64,000 bases of DNA. It comes from Styela clava (taxonomy: Eukaryota). How positions within the stretch are numbered: the stretch's first letter is position 1; every line of letters begins with the position of its first letter. A program made the position numbers and the translations under genes. The DNA is taken from positions 8,742,001 through 8,806,000 of the forward strand of contig NC_135257.1 of the NCBI RefSeq assembly GCF_964204865.1. Direction: 5' to 3'. Under the pieces are notes generated by a model. The model saw only the letters and a program-made list of their open reading frames with translations, was not told where the DNA came from and did not search any database. Of this stretch, positions 27,701 to 42,700 are shown piece after piece.

Positions 27701-30700
27701 GTCCAGCTTGTGTAGTAGTCTATAAAAATCCCTACATGAGAAATACTATATTCGGATTGGAGAATGCCTCTCATTAGCAATAATAGACTACTATCATTTG
27801 AGCTAACAAAAGTTAGTTAAATTCTATCATTAGGCTCTTATTCTATATGATAAAGTAATCAATATATAATTGTAAATTCCGGTTAAACAGGGATACATTC
27901 ACATAGTGCGAGATGGTATATCAATGCATTCGTGATAGACATTTACTATTAATAATACTCGGTCATTTTATAATTTCATGCTCGGCTGTTACACATTCCA
28001 GCTGACCTTTCGGTTTAAAATTCTAGTCAGAAATAAAAAAAATTCGTAGTTTTGTGAATTTCGATTCAATATGATATAATCCAGATTCTAGTTTAGTTAC
28101 AAGCCCTCGCGAAAAATAAATTTTATTTTTTGAAAATTTTAATTTACTAGTTAAATTTGTTATTTTTGCTGTAATTGATCAAGTCATGATCAAGATCACG
28201 ACGGAAAGCAATTAATGCATTAATATGACCATATATTGATGTGAATGTTATATGTCAACAATTCAATATGGTTTTAACTCTTAGCCATCCACGTTATCAT
28301 GATATTAACACTTCGTTATTTGCGCATAGACGTGACATTACTTATTTTATCAAAACCAACTGAGTTCAGTTCACAATATACATTTGGTTTCAAGCCAAGA
28401 TCACAGAAGGCTGTCGCACAGTTGATGGCAGTCTTCAAACATAAGTTTTATTCGGAAATTACACATTACGTCATACGTGTATTTTAACAAGATAATACCA
28501 TTTATTAAATGATAAAGGGGAGGTCCAGCTTTAAATTAGTTATTGCACTTTTGTATCTTCTGCTAAATAACCGGCTTCCATTCGCCACAAAGTTCTGGTT
28601 TATGGCCAATACTGTACAAACGCGCCTTGTGGATACCACCAGTATTACCGAAGACGACAATAAAGCAAACAAGGTATTATTTTGTGTAACCGCTCAGACA
28701 GCCACCCTCTCCTCCGCTCTCAATATCGACAGCGGAGCGATCTTCAACGATTACCACGGCAGTATGCTGCACGGCGATAACCGAATTTCACGCTCAGAGA
28801 GGGTGGAAACAACGCATCAACGCGGTTGCGAAACCGTCAAGTCATAGACGTCACGGTCAAGATACACACTATAGAAATGATCCCTAAAAGTATGATCTTA
28901 GCCACTCCAAATAAAAATATATTAGAGTACTGTCCTTTTATGCTCCTATTTGTGGTAAAAAAATATATTAAATCTTCAACTTGTTATCACACAAGCGCTA
29001 AAGTTATGAGAATAGCCGTTTTGATGGCATTAAAAAAATAAATTGTTCTTGTCAGTTGATTATTTTACCCACAACTTCATGACGATAATTAGGTAAATTG
29101 ATATTTTGTCAATGAGAAAAGAGGAAACGCTGGAATTCAAGAACATTCTGTAAATGCCCGACCGTAATATCTTACCAAATGTTCTCATTTTACTGTTACT
29201 ATAACGGATTTGTACATATTATATTGATGTCATATTATAATATAAAATGCCAAATCTGACTAAAAGTTTACTTTCGTGGAATGATTTAATATTGGAATTA
29301 CGTTATCATGCCAATAATTCCAAGTATTGCATTTCATGAAAAGTGAAATAATGGAGTTTGTAGGTGTTTTAATTTGATCCAGCAGGGCATAATGAAACAT
29401 ATATGGATCATAGGTGGATTAATACTCATGGACGTAATTTATGTAGGGCCCAGGCTTGGCAATAATCGTTTCAAAGTGGGATTGTTGTGAAATAAATTTA
29501 TAGCAACAATAATGACGTTTTGAAGCGTCGGGTATATTAATAGTGCTTCTAGCACGTAAACGTGAACCTCATAGAAATGTACTTTCCGTAGGAAGAAAAT
29601 GCATCTGAAAAATACCGGATAAATATCCGGGTTATATGTATATATAATAGATATTCTTAAATCTCGTTTAGGCTAGTGAAAAAAATAATGACGAAAAAAT
29701 ATAAAAAAGAATATAGGAAGAATAGATTTTGTTGTTATATTTCACACGTATATATTGGCATCATAATTTAATGGCGCGTTTTCGAGTATACAACGTTGTA
29801 ATATTAGCGATCCTCGATGACTTCTGAATATAAATAAAGTAATGCTAAACATTGCTAATGCCCACATTATTGATTAATTAGACTTGACCAGATACAGTGG
29901 CCATGAGAAAAAGTTTCAGTTTCAAAAAGCGTGCATCCAATTATTTTAAATATCCATATGAGTTCTATAAAAATCTATGCCTTAAATATACGAATTTAAT
30001 ATTTTTTAGGTAAAGTAAGCATGGATCAGAGAGACACCATCGATGTTTTGCACAGTAAAGGAAGAAGATTGTATTACAAAGCTACGAATCATAATTTGAT
30101 AAAAGATAGAAAAGATTGGTTGAGAACACACCCGAAAGCACTTGTCGGAAGGTACTAGTGTACTTCCAATTTTAACTCATCGTTGTTTTATACATTGATA
30201 TAAATAACCTGTTACATTTTATGCCAATTATGAATATACTATATATTGTTATTTACAACGTGAATAGCAATACCAAATGTCCCTTTATTTCTAGCACCTT
30301 GCGTGTATAAACTATCTATAATTTTAATGAAATGTATATTATATTTGATTCATGAGTTATGCAGGTATTAAAAGATTTCGATAAACAATCTTCAATTGAA
30401 TCAAAACAAAATAAAATTAATATATCTTTGATATTGGACGCATCGGGGGTTCGAGCCTCAGTTAGGCATGTCCAACCCGCCCGCATTTCTTCACTCTCTC
30501 TGAACAAAAGTATCGGGTAGGCCAGGGGTGGACAAGGTTTTTGTACCAGAGGCCAAAAATTTTGCTTACGCAGACTGGCGGGCCATGTAAGTGTGACGCA
30601 AAAAGTTACATATTGTGAACAATATTTACGTGTTGCAAAAGTGGAAAACAATAAGCCTCGTGCCGAAACTAAATTTAACGGCAATTTCAACAAAATCCTT

Positions 30701-33700
30701 GAGCTATTTTTCAGCTAAAACATAAAAAAATGGTTTTGGTTTGATTGTGGCAGCATCGGGCGAGCCAGATTGAATTATCAAATGGACCGGATTTGGCCCG
30801 TCGACCGTAGTTTGCCCATGTCAGGGGTAGACTAGACCGAATATAAAAGATCACTATTATTCTGAAACCTAATTTCTCCATATCAACGTGACACAATGCA
30901 AAAGCGGGGCCACTGTATATTATAACGACGGGGAATACTATATATACCTAGGTGTTTAACTCTTTATCCCATTTCAGCGATTTTGTGCAATGGCTGGTTG
31001 AAAACAAGGAATCAAAAAGTGTTGACGAAGCTATCATGCTTGGACAAGCATTACTGGATTGTGGAATTTTACATCATGGTAATTATTCAATTTTTGAATG
31101 ACCATTTTTCGTTTCTATAAACTAAGATACATAAACTCAATGTGCTGATACCAAGTTATAGATCCCGATTTAAGTATGAATAGTCTGTCAATTCTAAAAC
31201 CCTGCACTGACAAATAAATCACATTTGCAGAAGTAGTTTACGAAATACAATACGTAATCTTTCATTTCTTATGTTATACCTCTTTTCACAGTTGCAGACA
31301 AACATCATTTCAAAAACGAGAACGTTCTATACAGATTTCGGTACGATGACGGTACTTTTAAGGCAAGAGGAGAAAGCCAGGATCTGATTGCAAAAGGGTT
31401 GAGAATATATGCTCGTGTTCACTGTCTGTTTCAACCTGTTGTAAGGTTAGTACTTTCATACTTTCCATGCTTTGTATGTATATTTGTCAGGGGTGTGCAA
31501 CAGGCGTCCCGAGGACCACAACCAGGCTCGACATGCCATTTAGTGTGGTGATTTTTCCCTATCAAGTATAAAATCCTAATCCAACAGTTTATGTTCAAAA
31601 AGGCGCCCACATCGGGGCCACATGGGCAAAATTACATAATAATTTTTGCTCTTTTCGCTGCGTTAAATCTTTCGTCGTTTTGCCAGGTGCCTTTATTGCT
31701 GGAAGGCTAAGCGAAAGCCGCATTCCATTCTCTTGCCTTTCCCGCTGAGCTCTGGTTCTCGCTGATTTTTAAATTCGATGTGTACATGGAAAAACTATTT
31801 TTTTGTGGCCCGACTAGATGTCTGAAGTTGGTTATATGGCCTACCGACAAAAAATGTTGCACACCTTATGGCATAAGTGATTGCATTGCATAATTCATTT
31901 CTGATCCAAATTTTGGTAATGCCAATGTTGCATTTTGAATACGATTCTACGAGTTCATAAATCATATTTATCTTTTTATTGCACAACTGATCACTTACTT
32001 GTGTAATTACTAATAAAAAAAATTGCACTGATCTTTATCTGATTTCAAAGTAATGTAAGTAATTGAATGATATACTATTAAAGACCCTAAATACAACTAT
32101 TGTATCCACAGAGACAAAGACCGAAACCTCCGAAGTTACAAACAAGTGGTTGAAGCCCGTAAACTAATAGACTGGATCATTGAACAAGGAGATTGTAAAG
32201 GAAGAGAAGAAGTTTGTAATCTAGGACAGAGTTTGTGCGAGAACAATATTTTGCATCATGGTAAGTGTTTCGATCGTCCAGTTAGCCATGAATAAGATAA
32301 CATTATAAGTGTTCCTGAGAATCCTGACTCTCATGCTACTTCTGTGTCTTAGTAACCTTGATCACTTACCTCATTTGAAATTAGCTCATAGAACGTGCTG
32401 TTCTGATTGAGAATTTATCAACAAATCTATTGGGTTTCGGAGGAATGCTATTAGTAAAACAAAACCTATACAATGTTTTGAACTGTTTGATTAAACTGTA
32501 ACACTAATTGAAGCAAAGCTTACAATTATATGCATTTGGTAAAATGTTATCAATCCTTATCTTACAACTTTTTTTATTTGATATAACATAAGCACCATAT
32601 GATAAAAGATTGTTATCCACATCTATTAATCTTGGATTTGGTTTATCTTTTAATAAACATATATATTAAACCCAATATTATTGCAAGTATAACATCAGAA
32701 TAAGTCGTGTCATGATTCACGAGTGTGTTATATTATAATATTACATTCTCTATTCGAATACAGCTCTGGACAAAACTGACTTCAAGGATGATTCATCTTT
32801 GTTCAAATTTTGGCCTGACGAAGAATCAAGTGAATCGTCAAACAAACTGAGAGATTTAGTGAAAAAAGTTAACCAGAAAATGGATTTCAGATGCATCGAG
32901 AGTTACAAAACAAAAACTGTATTATTGGTATGTTTCGAAGGAAAAGTTAAATCAATTGAACATTTGGTTTATTAGTATATGTAATTATTGTAGTTTAAGA
33001 CAATAGATAGAAAGTCAATGGAATATTTTGAAAAATTTATCATTTTTTCAGGCAAAGTCAAAATTATTTACAATGCAAATCCAAATTATTGAATGTTTGT
33101 TAATTGAATTACTAATTGAGTGTACCCTAAATCAACCTACATATTTGTTATCTGACTCTGACTTATTATTGTTTTTTAGTTAAACACGGATCCTGATGAA
33201 CCTTTAGGATTTGAGGCATTGTATGTCGATCATCACAACGCGGTTATAATAACAGCTATCATTCGAGCATCACAAGCACAAGTAATTATCAACTCCTAAT
33301 GATTCAGTTTTTTTTATACACAATATTCAACTATAGATCGTCTTGCTATTCAGTTGTTGTTATTGTGGGAAAATGTTTTAACCATGGTGAATCTCTTTCA
33401 AATTTTCGTAATTTGAAGGTAGAAACTCTTTGAGACTGATATTACCTTCATATTCTCTCAAGGACGACTGACGTACATATCTTTGAGCATTACTCATGTG
33501 CGTATTTTGTGCTATTTGGTATTTGTTCAAATTTCTAGTTACAGTATTGAGTATACTAACAGTATAATGTTCTATTTAGGTTCAAGGACTTCTCCCAGGC
33601 CAAGCTATTCTCTGTATTAATTATTCACCATTGTTCAAGTGTAAATCACAAGAAGATTACGAAGCCATATTGAAACAAAACTTAGAAAATCACAAACTTC

Positions 33701-36700
33701 TGTACGTTACTGTGAAGGCCGAAGACGACATGTAAGTATACTATGCTTATGGAATTAAAGTATCAGATGTGTTAAATTTGTGGAGGTATAGCAGAATATG
33801 CTATCTTCAACTGAATTAAAATTTTTCCTTCGTGGATTATTAATAATACAGCTTACTAGAATTTCTTTCGTTGTTTTGTAGATCTGTATCCATTCCAGTT
33901 ACAAGAGAAGGAATGGGATTTCAAATCAGAAGCGCAAATCCATGCGTTGTGCACGCTGTTACTAAAGGAGGAATGGCCATGAACGCTGGTCTAGTCAGAG
34001 GCCAATCAATATTAAAGGTATGAATTCAGTTGACTGACTTTATACGCATATTTCATCTTGAAGGGTGTTGGCGAATGCGGTCGAATATGTTCAAGTGGAA
34101 CTCATGAAAGAGTAAGCATGATTAATTTCAAACTATGATGTCATGATCCCTGTAGCAGATGAGAAACTTTGCTGTAACACTGGCTCAGACATTTGGAAAT
34201 TGTAGTCAATATCATGGAGCTGTATAATTTAAAAATGAATAAATTCAGAACAGTAATTTTAACATTTTCTGGTTGTTTGCGTTTTCAAAGTCAATCAATA
34301 ATCTCTGTGATTCAAGAGTCTTGCTGCACACTAACACAAATATATTTCTGTAACGTTTCAACTTCTTCAGACATACATAGTTCAAGTATAGTTGAACTAT
34401 GTATGTCTGAAGAAGTCTGACCTTGGTCAGACGAAACGTTACAGAAATATATTTGTGTTAGTGTGCAGCAAGACTCTTGAATCACTTAGGATTGTTATCT
34501 CTACTCTTGCTACAGCATGCTTGCAATATATGCATACGGATCCACCGGCACAAAAGCATAGAAGAAGGATAAGTAGTTAGTCTCGCAGAAACCAAATAAT
34601 CAGCGCAAATAATCTCTGTCCTGGGAAATGTGCATTTATTACAGAACATGCGCTACCTGCGGGTGCGTACCGGGTTCTATACATTAATCACATCAATTGA
34701 TTGCAGGTGAACAACGTGAACGTCATTGCTTCATCTCACGACGAAGTCGCCGCTGCAATAAGAGATGGTTGTAAAGTTATCGCAGAGGAAGAAGAAAATA
34801 GAAAGAACAAAGAAGAAAAAGAAAATAATGCTGAAATTGAAGAACAGCAGCAGCAACAAGTAGACGGGGTGAGAAATCATAGCGTATTTTGTTTTGTAGA
34901 TCAGTATTTATATAAAACATTTGGTTTTATTCAGTGCAATACGTGGCGGTTCAATTTTACTCGAGGTCCTTGGGCTAGGCCATCCAACGATGTATACAAG
35001 ATTTTTGTTATCAAATATATTATTTTTGCAGTCGACAGGAAAATTGACACTTGGAATCCCAGGAAGTGGATTAAAACGATCTAAGAGCGACCGCAGGAAA
35101 CAAATCGCTATGAAAATAGGAATCAGAACACCAAATCTGAAGGACAATAAAATGTAATTTTGTTTTGCATAATTCATAATTTTATATTTATTGCCTTTGG
35201 TTTCATCTTTTAAACTAAATATTTTTGACTTTCAGCGAGCCTACACCGCTTGGTCCGGATAAGAAAGACGATCCCTACGCTTTGAAGGTAAATATGAAAC
35301 TTTATGCGGGAAATTATTATTTTTTTGTTTCTGCAAATTATTGCAAAAGGGCAGTAGTATTTCACTATATATATGCAATTCAAATTGACATTCCAGCACA
35401 ATTGCGGTTCGCAAATTATTTGTTGAAATGATAAGTTGCATTATAATATTTCTTTCTTCAAAGATAATCTCCATCTGTGATTCTTTCATTTAAATTTTAT
35501 TCTTTCACTTTAGCTTGTCGTTGGTAATCGTCATCTTGAACGAATGACAACTTACGAATACGACAATGTAAACGGAGTAAGAACATCAGTGACTGAGAAG
35601 ATGTCAGAGAGCCCGTCAATATTTGATCTTGCAGCAATGGTAATTTGAAGTCGAAACTAGTTTTCATAGAAGAAAAATGGTTTTTATATAATAGGATACT
35701 ACTAAATCGTTTCCCATTACCGAAGATGTATTATATATTCAAAATTATGCTTGTTACTTATTCCGTTTAAAAGTTCCTGAACACCCTTGGCGGCGGTGGC
35801 TCGTTTCGAACTCTATCCGTTCCTGCGAGTTATATTTTAGGTTTACTTCGTTGTAGGCTAATTTATAGTTGAGTCTGTATTCTTTGCCTTTTGGATCAAC
35901 GGACGGGCTCGTAATTTTACAGATTTTAAATACGAACTTCCATACCTCAAACCATTATTGTACTACACAACTATCATGATGTGCTAATTTTCAGCTTCTG
36001 GAAGTCTTGACAGCAGAAGACGAGCGAGTCCTTGCAGATGTTCAAGCCTTGGAAAGTGCAGTAAATCTTATTAGAGAACAACAAAGAGAAATATTTGAGA
36101 GAAGAAGAACTCTACGGTATGACGTGATTCATGAGCGACTAGAGAATTACAAAAGGGTGAGTAATGCTGACAGCACGAAAAACTTCACAATTGTGACAAA
36201 AAAAATATTGTGGCTAATTTCTTGATTTGCTTGCGGAATTTCTTATTCTTTCCCAAACATGCAGATTTGCAAATAAAACGAATGCTGTAGAATAACTATT
36301 GCACATTTTTTCAGTACAAACGTCACCTCGGATCATACATGTGGCCTTCTTATAAAGAAAGCAAAGATCGACCCGGTACTGGATCCGCAAAAGATTTCTG
36401 CCCAACTAATTGTCACATTAATATTATGCAGGTAATAAGAATAGACTAATATTTTTCATCGCCCTCTTTTCACAATAACTTTGTTCCGTGTCAATCATAT
36501 ATAAAGATCTAATAAGCCCCATTAACATTTGACGTAACCACAAACTTTTGCAGCCTCTATTGAGGCGTTTCTTGCTTTATAGACTAGAATTTAGACCAAG
36601 AAATCCCAAACAAAGAGTCGAAGTAATGCCGTGGAGGGTGTATTGGAAAAGTCTCAGACATGGCATAGCTTAAGCATTTTCTTTTATCCTTAACAATAAA

Positions 36701-39700
36701 CGAACACGAGATAACATCTCTAACTTCCGATGTTTGCATAAATAGCACATTATGCATATTACAATAACTTCGGCCAAGTCTGAGCTATATCTTTTGTTTC
36801 CTTCGTATTTTTATATTATATTATATTTCTATGAATGAAATTAAACTTGTTTATTCCAGCATTTTAGTGAGCAACTATAATGAATTTAATGTATTTTGAA
36901 ACCTTCAGGTTTCGCACACAACTGAGAAATTCAATTTACGTGGATTGGGCCTGCAGAACGCCAAATCTGAAGCAGAAAACACCGAAATAAGTACGTACAT
37001 TACTATATTCTCTATTTTCATTGTCTCCATGTGATGTTAGACGCACTAATTCATACCCCCACACAATAACGTAGCATTTTAAACGATTAAATAATATTAA
37101 TATTAAGTATGTGTAGAACAATTCAGAATTTTGGCGGTTGGAATTATATATATTCACATTGTAACCAAATTGTAATTTTATTCATGGTTTCTTTTTTTAG
37201 CAAAAAATGTCGAAATGGTGAACACTAATGACGTTATTACTTGTATGGCGGCACCATCGCACCGCTCCAGAGGAAGAGAAGGTCACGGCCTCATGGCGGT
37301 TCTACGTGGTGTAGAAGGAAATATGGAACTCATGGATCAAATAAGACAGTTGATGGTGGCACTGGATCAAGCTATGCTCGAAGTTAGACACTGTCAAGAT
37401 CAACTTTTAGAGTAAGTTTCTTTGCACTTAATAATCTATAAACTTGTTGCAATTTTATAAGGTGGAAAGTGCTACCTTGGTATGCGGTTGTTCGATCTTC
37501 GTGATTTTAGTTAGGGTTAGGAATTGAATTCTAGTAGAATGTCTTTATGATATTAAACTCAAATCGAAGTGGCACCGCAATTGGTGCCTCTTCGATATGC
37601 AATTGGGATCACGTTGAGCAAAGGAGACCTCATACCAAAGTGGGACCTCTTAAAACTTCTGTCACTCACCAGTCTTATTTGAATACTACTTTTAGCTTAA
37701 AATATTGATATTGTTTTCAGAATTTTGAATTCCGAACCTCGCACTGATGGGAAAAGAAATTCATTTCAACCGACTCCTTTATATGCAAACATAGGATCTG
37801 TAAGCAGTGATATGACTCCAACCACGCCCGTGTCTCCTTCCACATTCTTCGCCAGTGATAAGGCTTCTAGCCCGCCCCGAGAAAGGGTAAGAAGTATAGT
37901 CTATCAAATAATATCGCAATAATTGTTATTCGGCAAGATGTAAGACAATCATTTACCCAACAAAACTGCGTCTTGTGTTTCCAGATTTAGGCCCAAATAT
38001 GCGTGTTCTGCATCTCATATACCGAGTAGGTGAGAAAAATAATTTATAATTTTGTTTCGGGAATATGCTAGTTTTCGGAGTCATCTTTCCTATATTTTCA
38101 ACTCACATCCCACTTATACTGCCTATTTTATCGTTCATTTGTATAAACCTTGCGTTGTAATACATTTTTATCAGATGAGCGGGGTATTCGACACACAATC
38201 AAATAGAAGTTCGAGGGCCAGTGATTTTGATCCAAGTTCTAATAGAAGTAAGTTGAGGTTAAGTTTATTTTTCAATACTATCCAATCAAAAAATACTAAA
38301 TCGTTATTGAATTATCATGAAACGCGAAAAATAGTCATATACCAGTTAATGTTTTATTTCTGTTTTTGGTTCTTATTTTCGCAAATCTCGGTATTAATTG
38401 TTTCAAGATCATTTATCTATTTGACTAAGTAATTCTGGTATGAGATCTGGAAAATGTTAGTCAGGATTCGTCTCATCTTTTTTTTTAATCCCAGCGTCGG
38501 TCTTATCGCCCACCATTGAAGTTAATACGCCTGATATGACGACTCCTACATCAGAAGAACATTTGACAAACGGAAACAACATTGGAAACAAAAGAAAGTC
38601 GATCTTAGACGATGGTTCACAAGCCGGAAACGATTCTGAATGTGACTCAGGTAATTTTCGAAGAATTACCACTTGCCTATGTTGATTGAACAATTACTTT
38701 TGGGCGGATCTTTATCTGAAGCAAATAATATTTTGAAATTATGTATTTTATATCACTAAAAATGACACTAAAATTTGTTTTGTGTGGTTTAGTTAAAAAT
38801 AATAAAAAAATTACCTTTTCAGTACGTGTTACCAAGCTTATAAAATTTCCCCAAAACTATATCATAGTTTATAATATATCGGTAAATTTTATTCCAATGT
38901 TTCCGTCCACAGTTAGAAGCAGCGTTCTTATTTTTATTTACAGGTATCCACAGTAACCGAGGTTCAATGTTGGTAAATGATAAACAACTTATATTCAATT
39001 TCACAACCCCATCTGCCAATGAATCACCGAGTAACACAGCGGAGCAAAACGGTATTCGCCCTATTAAATTTGTTATCGATTTTGCTATAGTTTTTAAATT
39101 GAATGGAGCCTGCCTAAAATTTGAAATTATTCTTTATAAATAAAAGTCTTCAGCAAATCATTTGTATCGATAACAAATGTTCTATGTGCAGGGTCAAATA
39201 GCGGAAGTAGCACAACCTCTGAACCCAATCAAAGAATGTCTCTCGCACTTCCAGAAGATAGTCTGGCTAACGGAGATGGATCTAAGGGAATCAAAGAATC
39301 GTCCTCGATGCCTTCTTTATCGTAAGCTTTTTTGCATTCATATATTTCTTGTTTTGTACAAAATTAAAAAAAAAAGGTTTTATGTTTTTTTTTCTTCACA
39401 ATGACAGGAGTCCACCAACACCCGGCGGCAACGCGACTTCTCCAGTACGATTTAGATCTAAACCCCGTCCACACTCGAGGGTGACATTTTCAGGTATTTG
39501 AGAATTTGTCACCTTTTCTTTTCGATTTTGCTGAAACTTCCCAATTATTTATTGTAGTTGAGCAAACGTTACCATTATGCATGCACAAACATGTTTTTTT
39601 TATGGAAATTAGAAATGAGCCATATCCAAATAAGTCGTTTTCAGAAACTAGGCTTATGGAAGTTTCTGTCCGAAGTTGCCCTTTTTGCGTTGAAATCACG

Positions 39701-42700
39701 GTTTAAACCAAGTAAAATTATATATTATGTAAAAATTATACAGGTATATTATGATTGTTTTGTGAAACTGGCTGATTTAGAGATACTAATAATTTTAATT
39801 CTAGTTTAATCTAAGCAAAATTTTAAAAGTATGAGCTATTCCGAGATCAATATTCCGAGGTTCAATCCTCTTACACTGGATAGTGAACTATGTTACAGGT
39901 TTTTCTTAGTTCTAATTTAAAAAAAATTATATATATCGTTTAGGACGTGACCGTATCTCCGTAATCAGCAAAACTGAAAGCACTTGTTCATCTGAAGGGG
40001 TTGAAAGCATTAATTTTATCGATCTCGTTCTATCAAACGACGCATTGGATAAATTGCAAGGAACAATGGAACATTTCTTGGGAAAGGTGGAATGAATTAT
40101 TTCATTTAATTTAATTTTAAAACAATAGTTCAAATAGGCGGAGATGATTATTTTTAACTTTTTTCAAATAGATTCGAAACATAAACGAACTTGTGAGAAA
40201 CGACGTTGTCCAGAAGGTTTTCGGAGAAACTCAAGATATAACTCCCGAAGTCAAATATCAAGAAATAATTGATAATCTAGCTGCCGAGTGAGTGTAATTT
40301 CTTTAAATAACTTCTGTTGGTGCTACAAGTACGACCCTTCATTCAGTTTGACATTTCACTTGTTTATCTAAAGATAGTTTCTATGGTAACGAAATTTCAA
40401 AGCCAATTGTTTTTTCCAAATCGTCCAGTTTTTCACATGTTGACTCAAACTCTCCAGGTCTCAAGTCATTGGTTATGCGACGGTGGCTTGGGAAAAATTG
40501 AGTAACTAACTCTTCATTACCTTTCCATAGCTTAAAATGCATTTTACGTACGACTGTGCAAATAATAATAAATTGAAACAGTACAATTGGCCATTCCATT
40601 CACTGATATTTATAGTGATAATGTAAATTAATTGTAGCTAGAACAAATTTAAACTATTTACGTCCTTCTAATAATAGTAGAGCCATGTTAGATCTAACGC
40701 TGAATGAAAATTGAATAGAAAGTCGGAATGAATATTTCTATTTTTCAGAACAAGTGATGACATCGTCAAAATGTCTCTAGCTGTTTGCGAAGATACTGTC
40801 CAGTTCGCAGGTGTTATTCACACACTTATAGATGCAATGAACAAACATATATCACAGATACGAACACAACTGGTGTTGACCGTATTGCTGAATGAAGGTA
40901 TGAAGTTACATTGTAATCTTTTAAAAATAAAACATCAATGAGTGTGAAAATACAACACAAATGAGTGTTAACAGTTAGGGTCACTATTAAGCCCATACCT
41001 GGAAACGATTAAAGGTACCTTGAAAACACATATATCTGAGAACTGAAATTATCATAATGTTAACTTAACCCAACAAATCAAATAGTTGCAGTCAATCTTT
41101 TTTTAGCATGACGTTTGGACATTATTACAAAATTGACCATTATTTGCAAAAATCATTGTATATATACTGATGCTGCAAAAATGTTTGTTTATTCCAGGAC
41201 GTCAAAAAACTCGATTTTAAACAAACAAAAAAACATGCCATTTTATTGGTACTGTAAATTTACTTTCTAAGAATTATGCAAATAACATATTTTTTCTGTT
41301 TGTCAGATCCTAAACTCGTTTCAAGGCGAGATAAAGTCTTTTCTCAAGCACTGATCAGCGTCATTACGTCGTTTTCTTCTCAGTTGAGATGCGCATTAGA
41401 CAATGTATTCAATAATATGAAGGTAAGGGTTATCGCTTTAAGTTGTTTTTCTTTTTTATGCGCACATATAAGGTATATGATTCTTTAACAAGCAATTTGA
41501 GTATTTATTATTCCTCTTTTCTAAATATCGAATATCTTCACTTATCAAAGTCACCTGCTTTCACTTACCAGGCTTACGGAGTACGAGGGGACGAGGCAAG
41601 CAAGAAATGGTTGGAACAAGCAACGTCTATCGGAGTGCTGGTTCTATTCCAGACACACCTAAATTTGAACATGGTATTATTTTTAATTATGCTTCAGTCG
41701 TAGCATATTTCTGTATTATTGCTTTCATGACTGTATAAATAGTGACTTTAGATTACAATTGACTTTTAGCCCTTTACGTTATACTGAAACGGTTCAAAAA
41801 ATCGCGAATGAATTAATGAATACATGCTCGAAAAATTTATATTGTACTTATTTTGTTACTTATTTTTCATAGTGATTGAATTAGTTTTTTTTATATATCA
41901 AATTCTAAACAAACTTTTAGCCGGATGAATGCGCTATGCTGGAAGACAGTTATGTTGGAATATATGATCTGGAAAGAGTTTCCTTCCACTTCAGAGCTAT
42001 CACAGGAGAAGTTGAACCTAATGGTAAATAAGGGTTTACAGACTATACAAGCTTATAGCAAATTTTTATTACCTTCTATAGATATAATTTCCATTATTAT
42101 TTTTTTGGCTTGTGATCATCGATCGCAGGAAATGGCAATAACCAATTACTTTACTTTGAGTTGATTATAATGAAATGACATTCATCAAAAAAAAATTTTT
42201 TCGTAAATTTTAGTTTATTTAAACCAAAACTCATAGATACATATTTTTTTTAAGTTGAGTGCAAAACAAAATTATATTCCGCAGGAATTGTTCAATTGTG
42301 GTATAAGCAGTTGTATATACAATATATATATATATGCGGTAGTCCCCTGTACTGTACATACCATAAAATTAGTTAGACTATGACTAATTGAGTCGACTGT
42401 ACCAAATTTTCAATAAAAGTATAGTACATAAGTAGCCCCAAAACTTGAAGTTGAGTATATTCAGTGCCTTGATTTGAGTTAAATACACACTGTAAAATAA
42501 ATACCAACAGATAATGAATGCTTATTTGTGTTTTGTATATCTTTAATATATTGGTTTGCGTCGGAATGTCCCAAATTTCTTTGAAATTTGGCGTCGATGT
42601 GTTTTACCGTTCCTACAATCTTGCCTAAGTGCGTTTTATGTTACAAAAGCAATCAAATTTTGATATTTGCACGATAATTTTATTTTCAACTAATTAAAAT

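Noticed and set aside
28509-28847. 112-aa ORF or alternative P-Rex first exon in intron 9
   Set aside because: It overlaps the U3 gene antisense. Its donor (AAG|GTATTA) is phase 0 and gives an immediate stop in exon 10.
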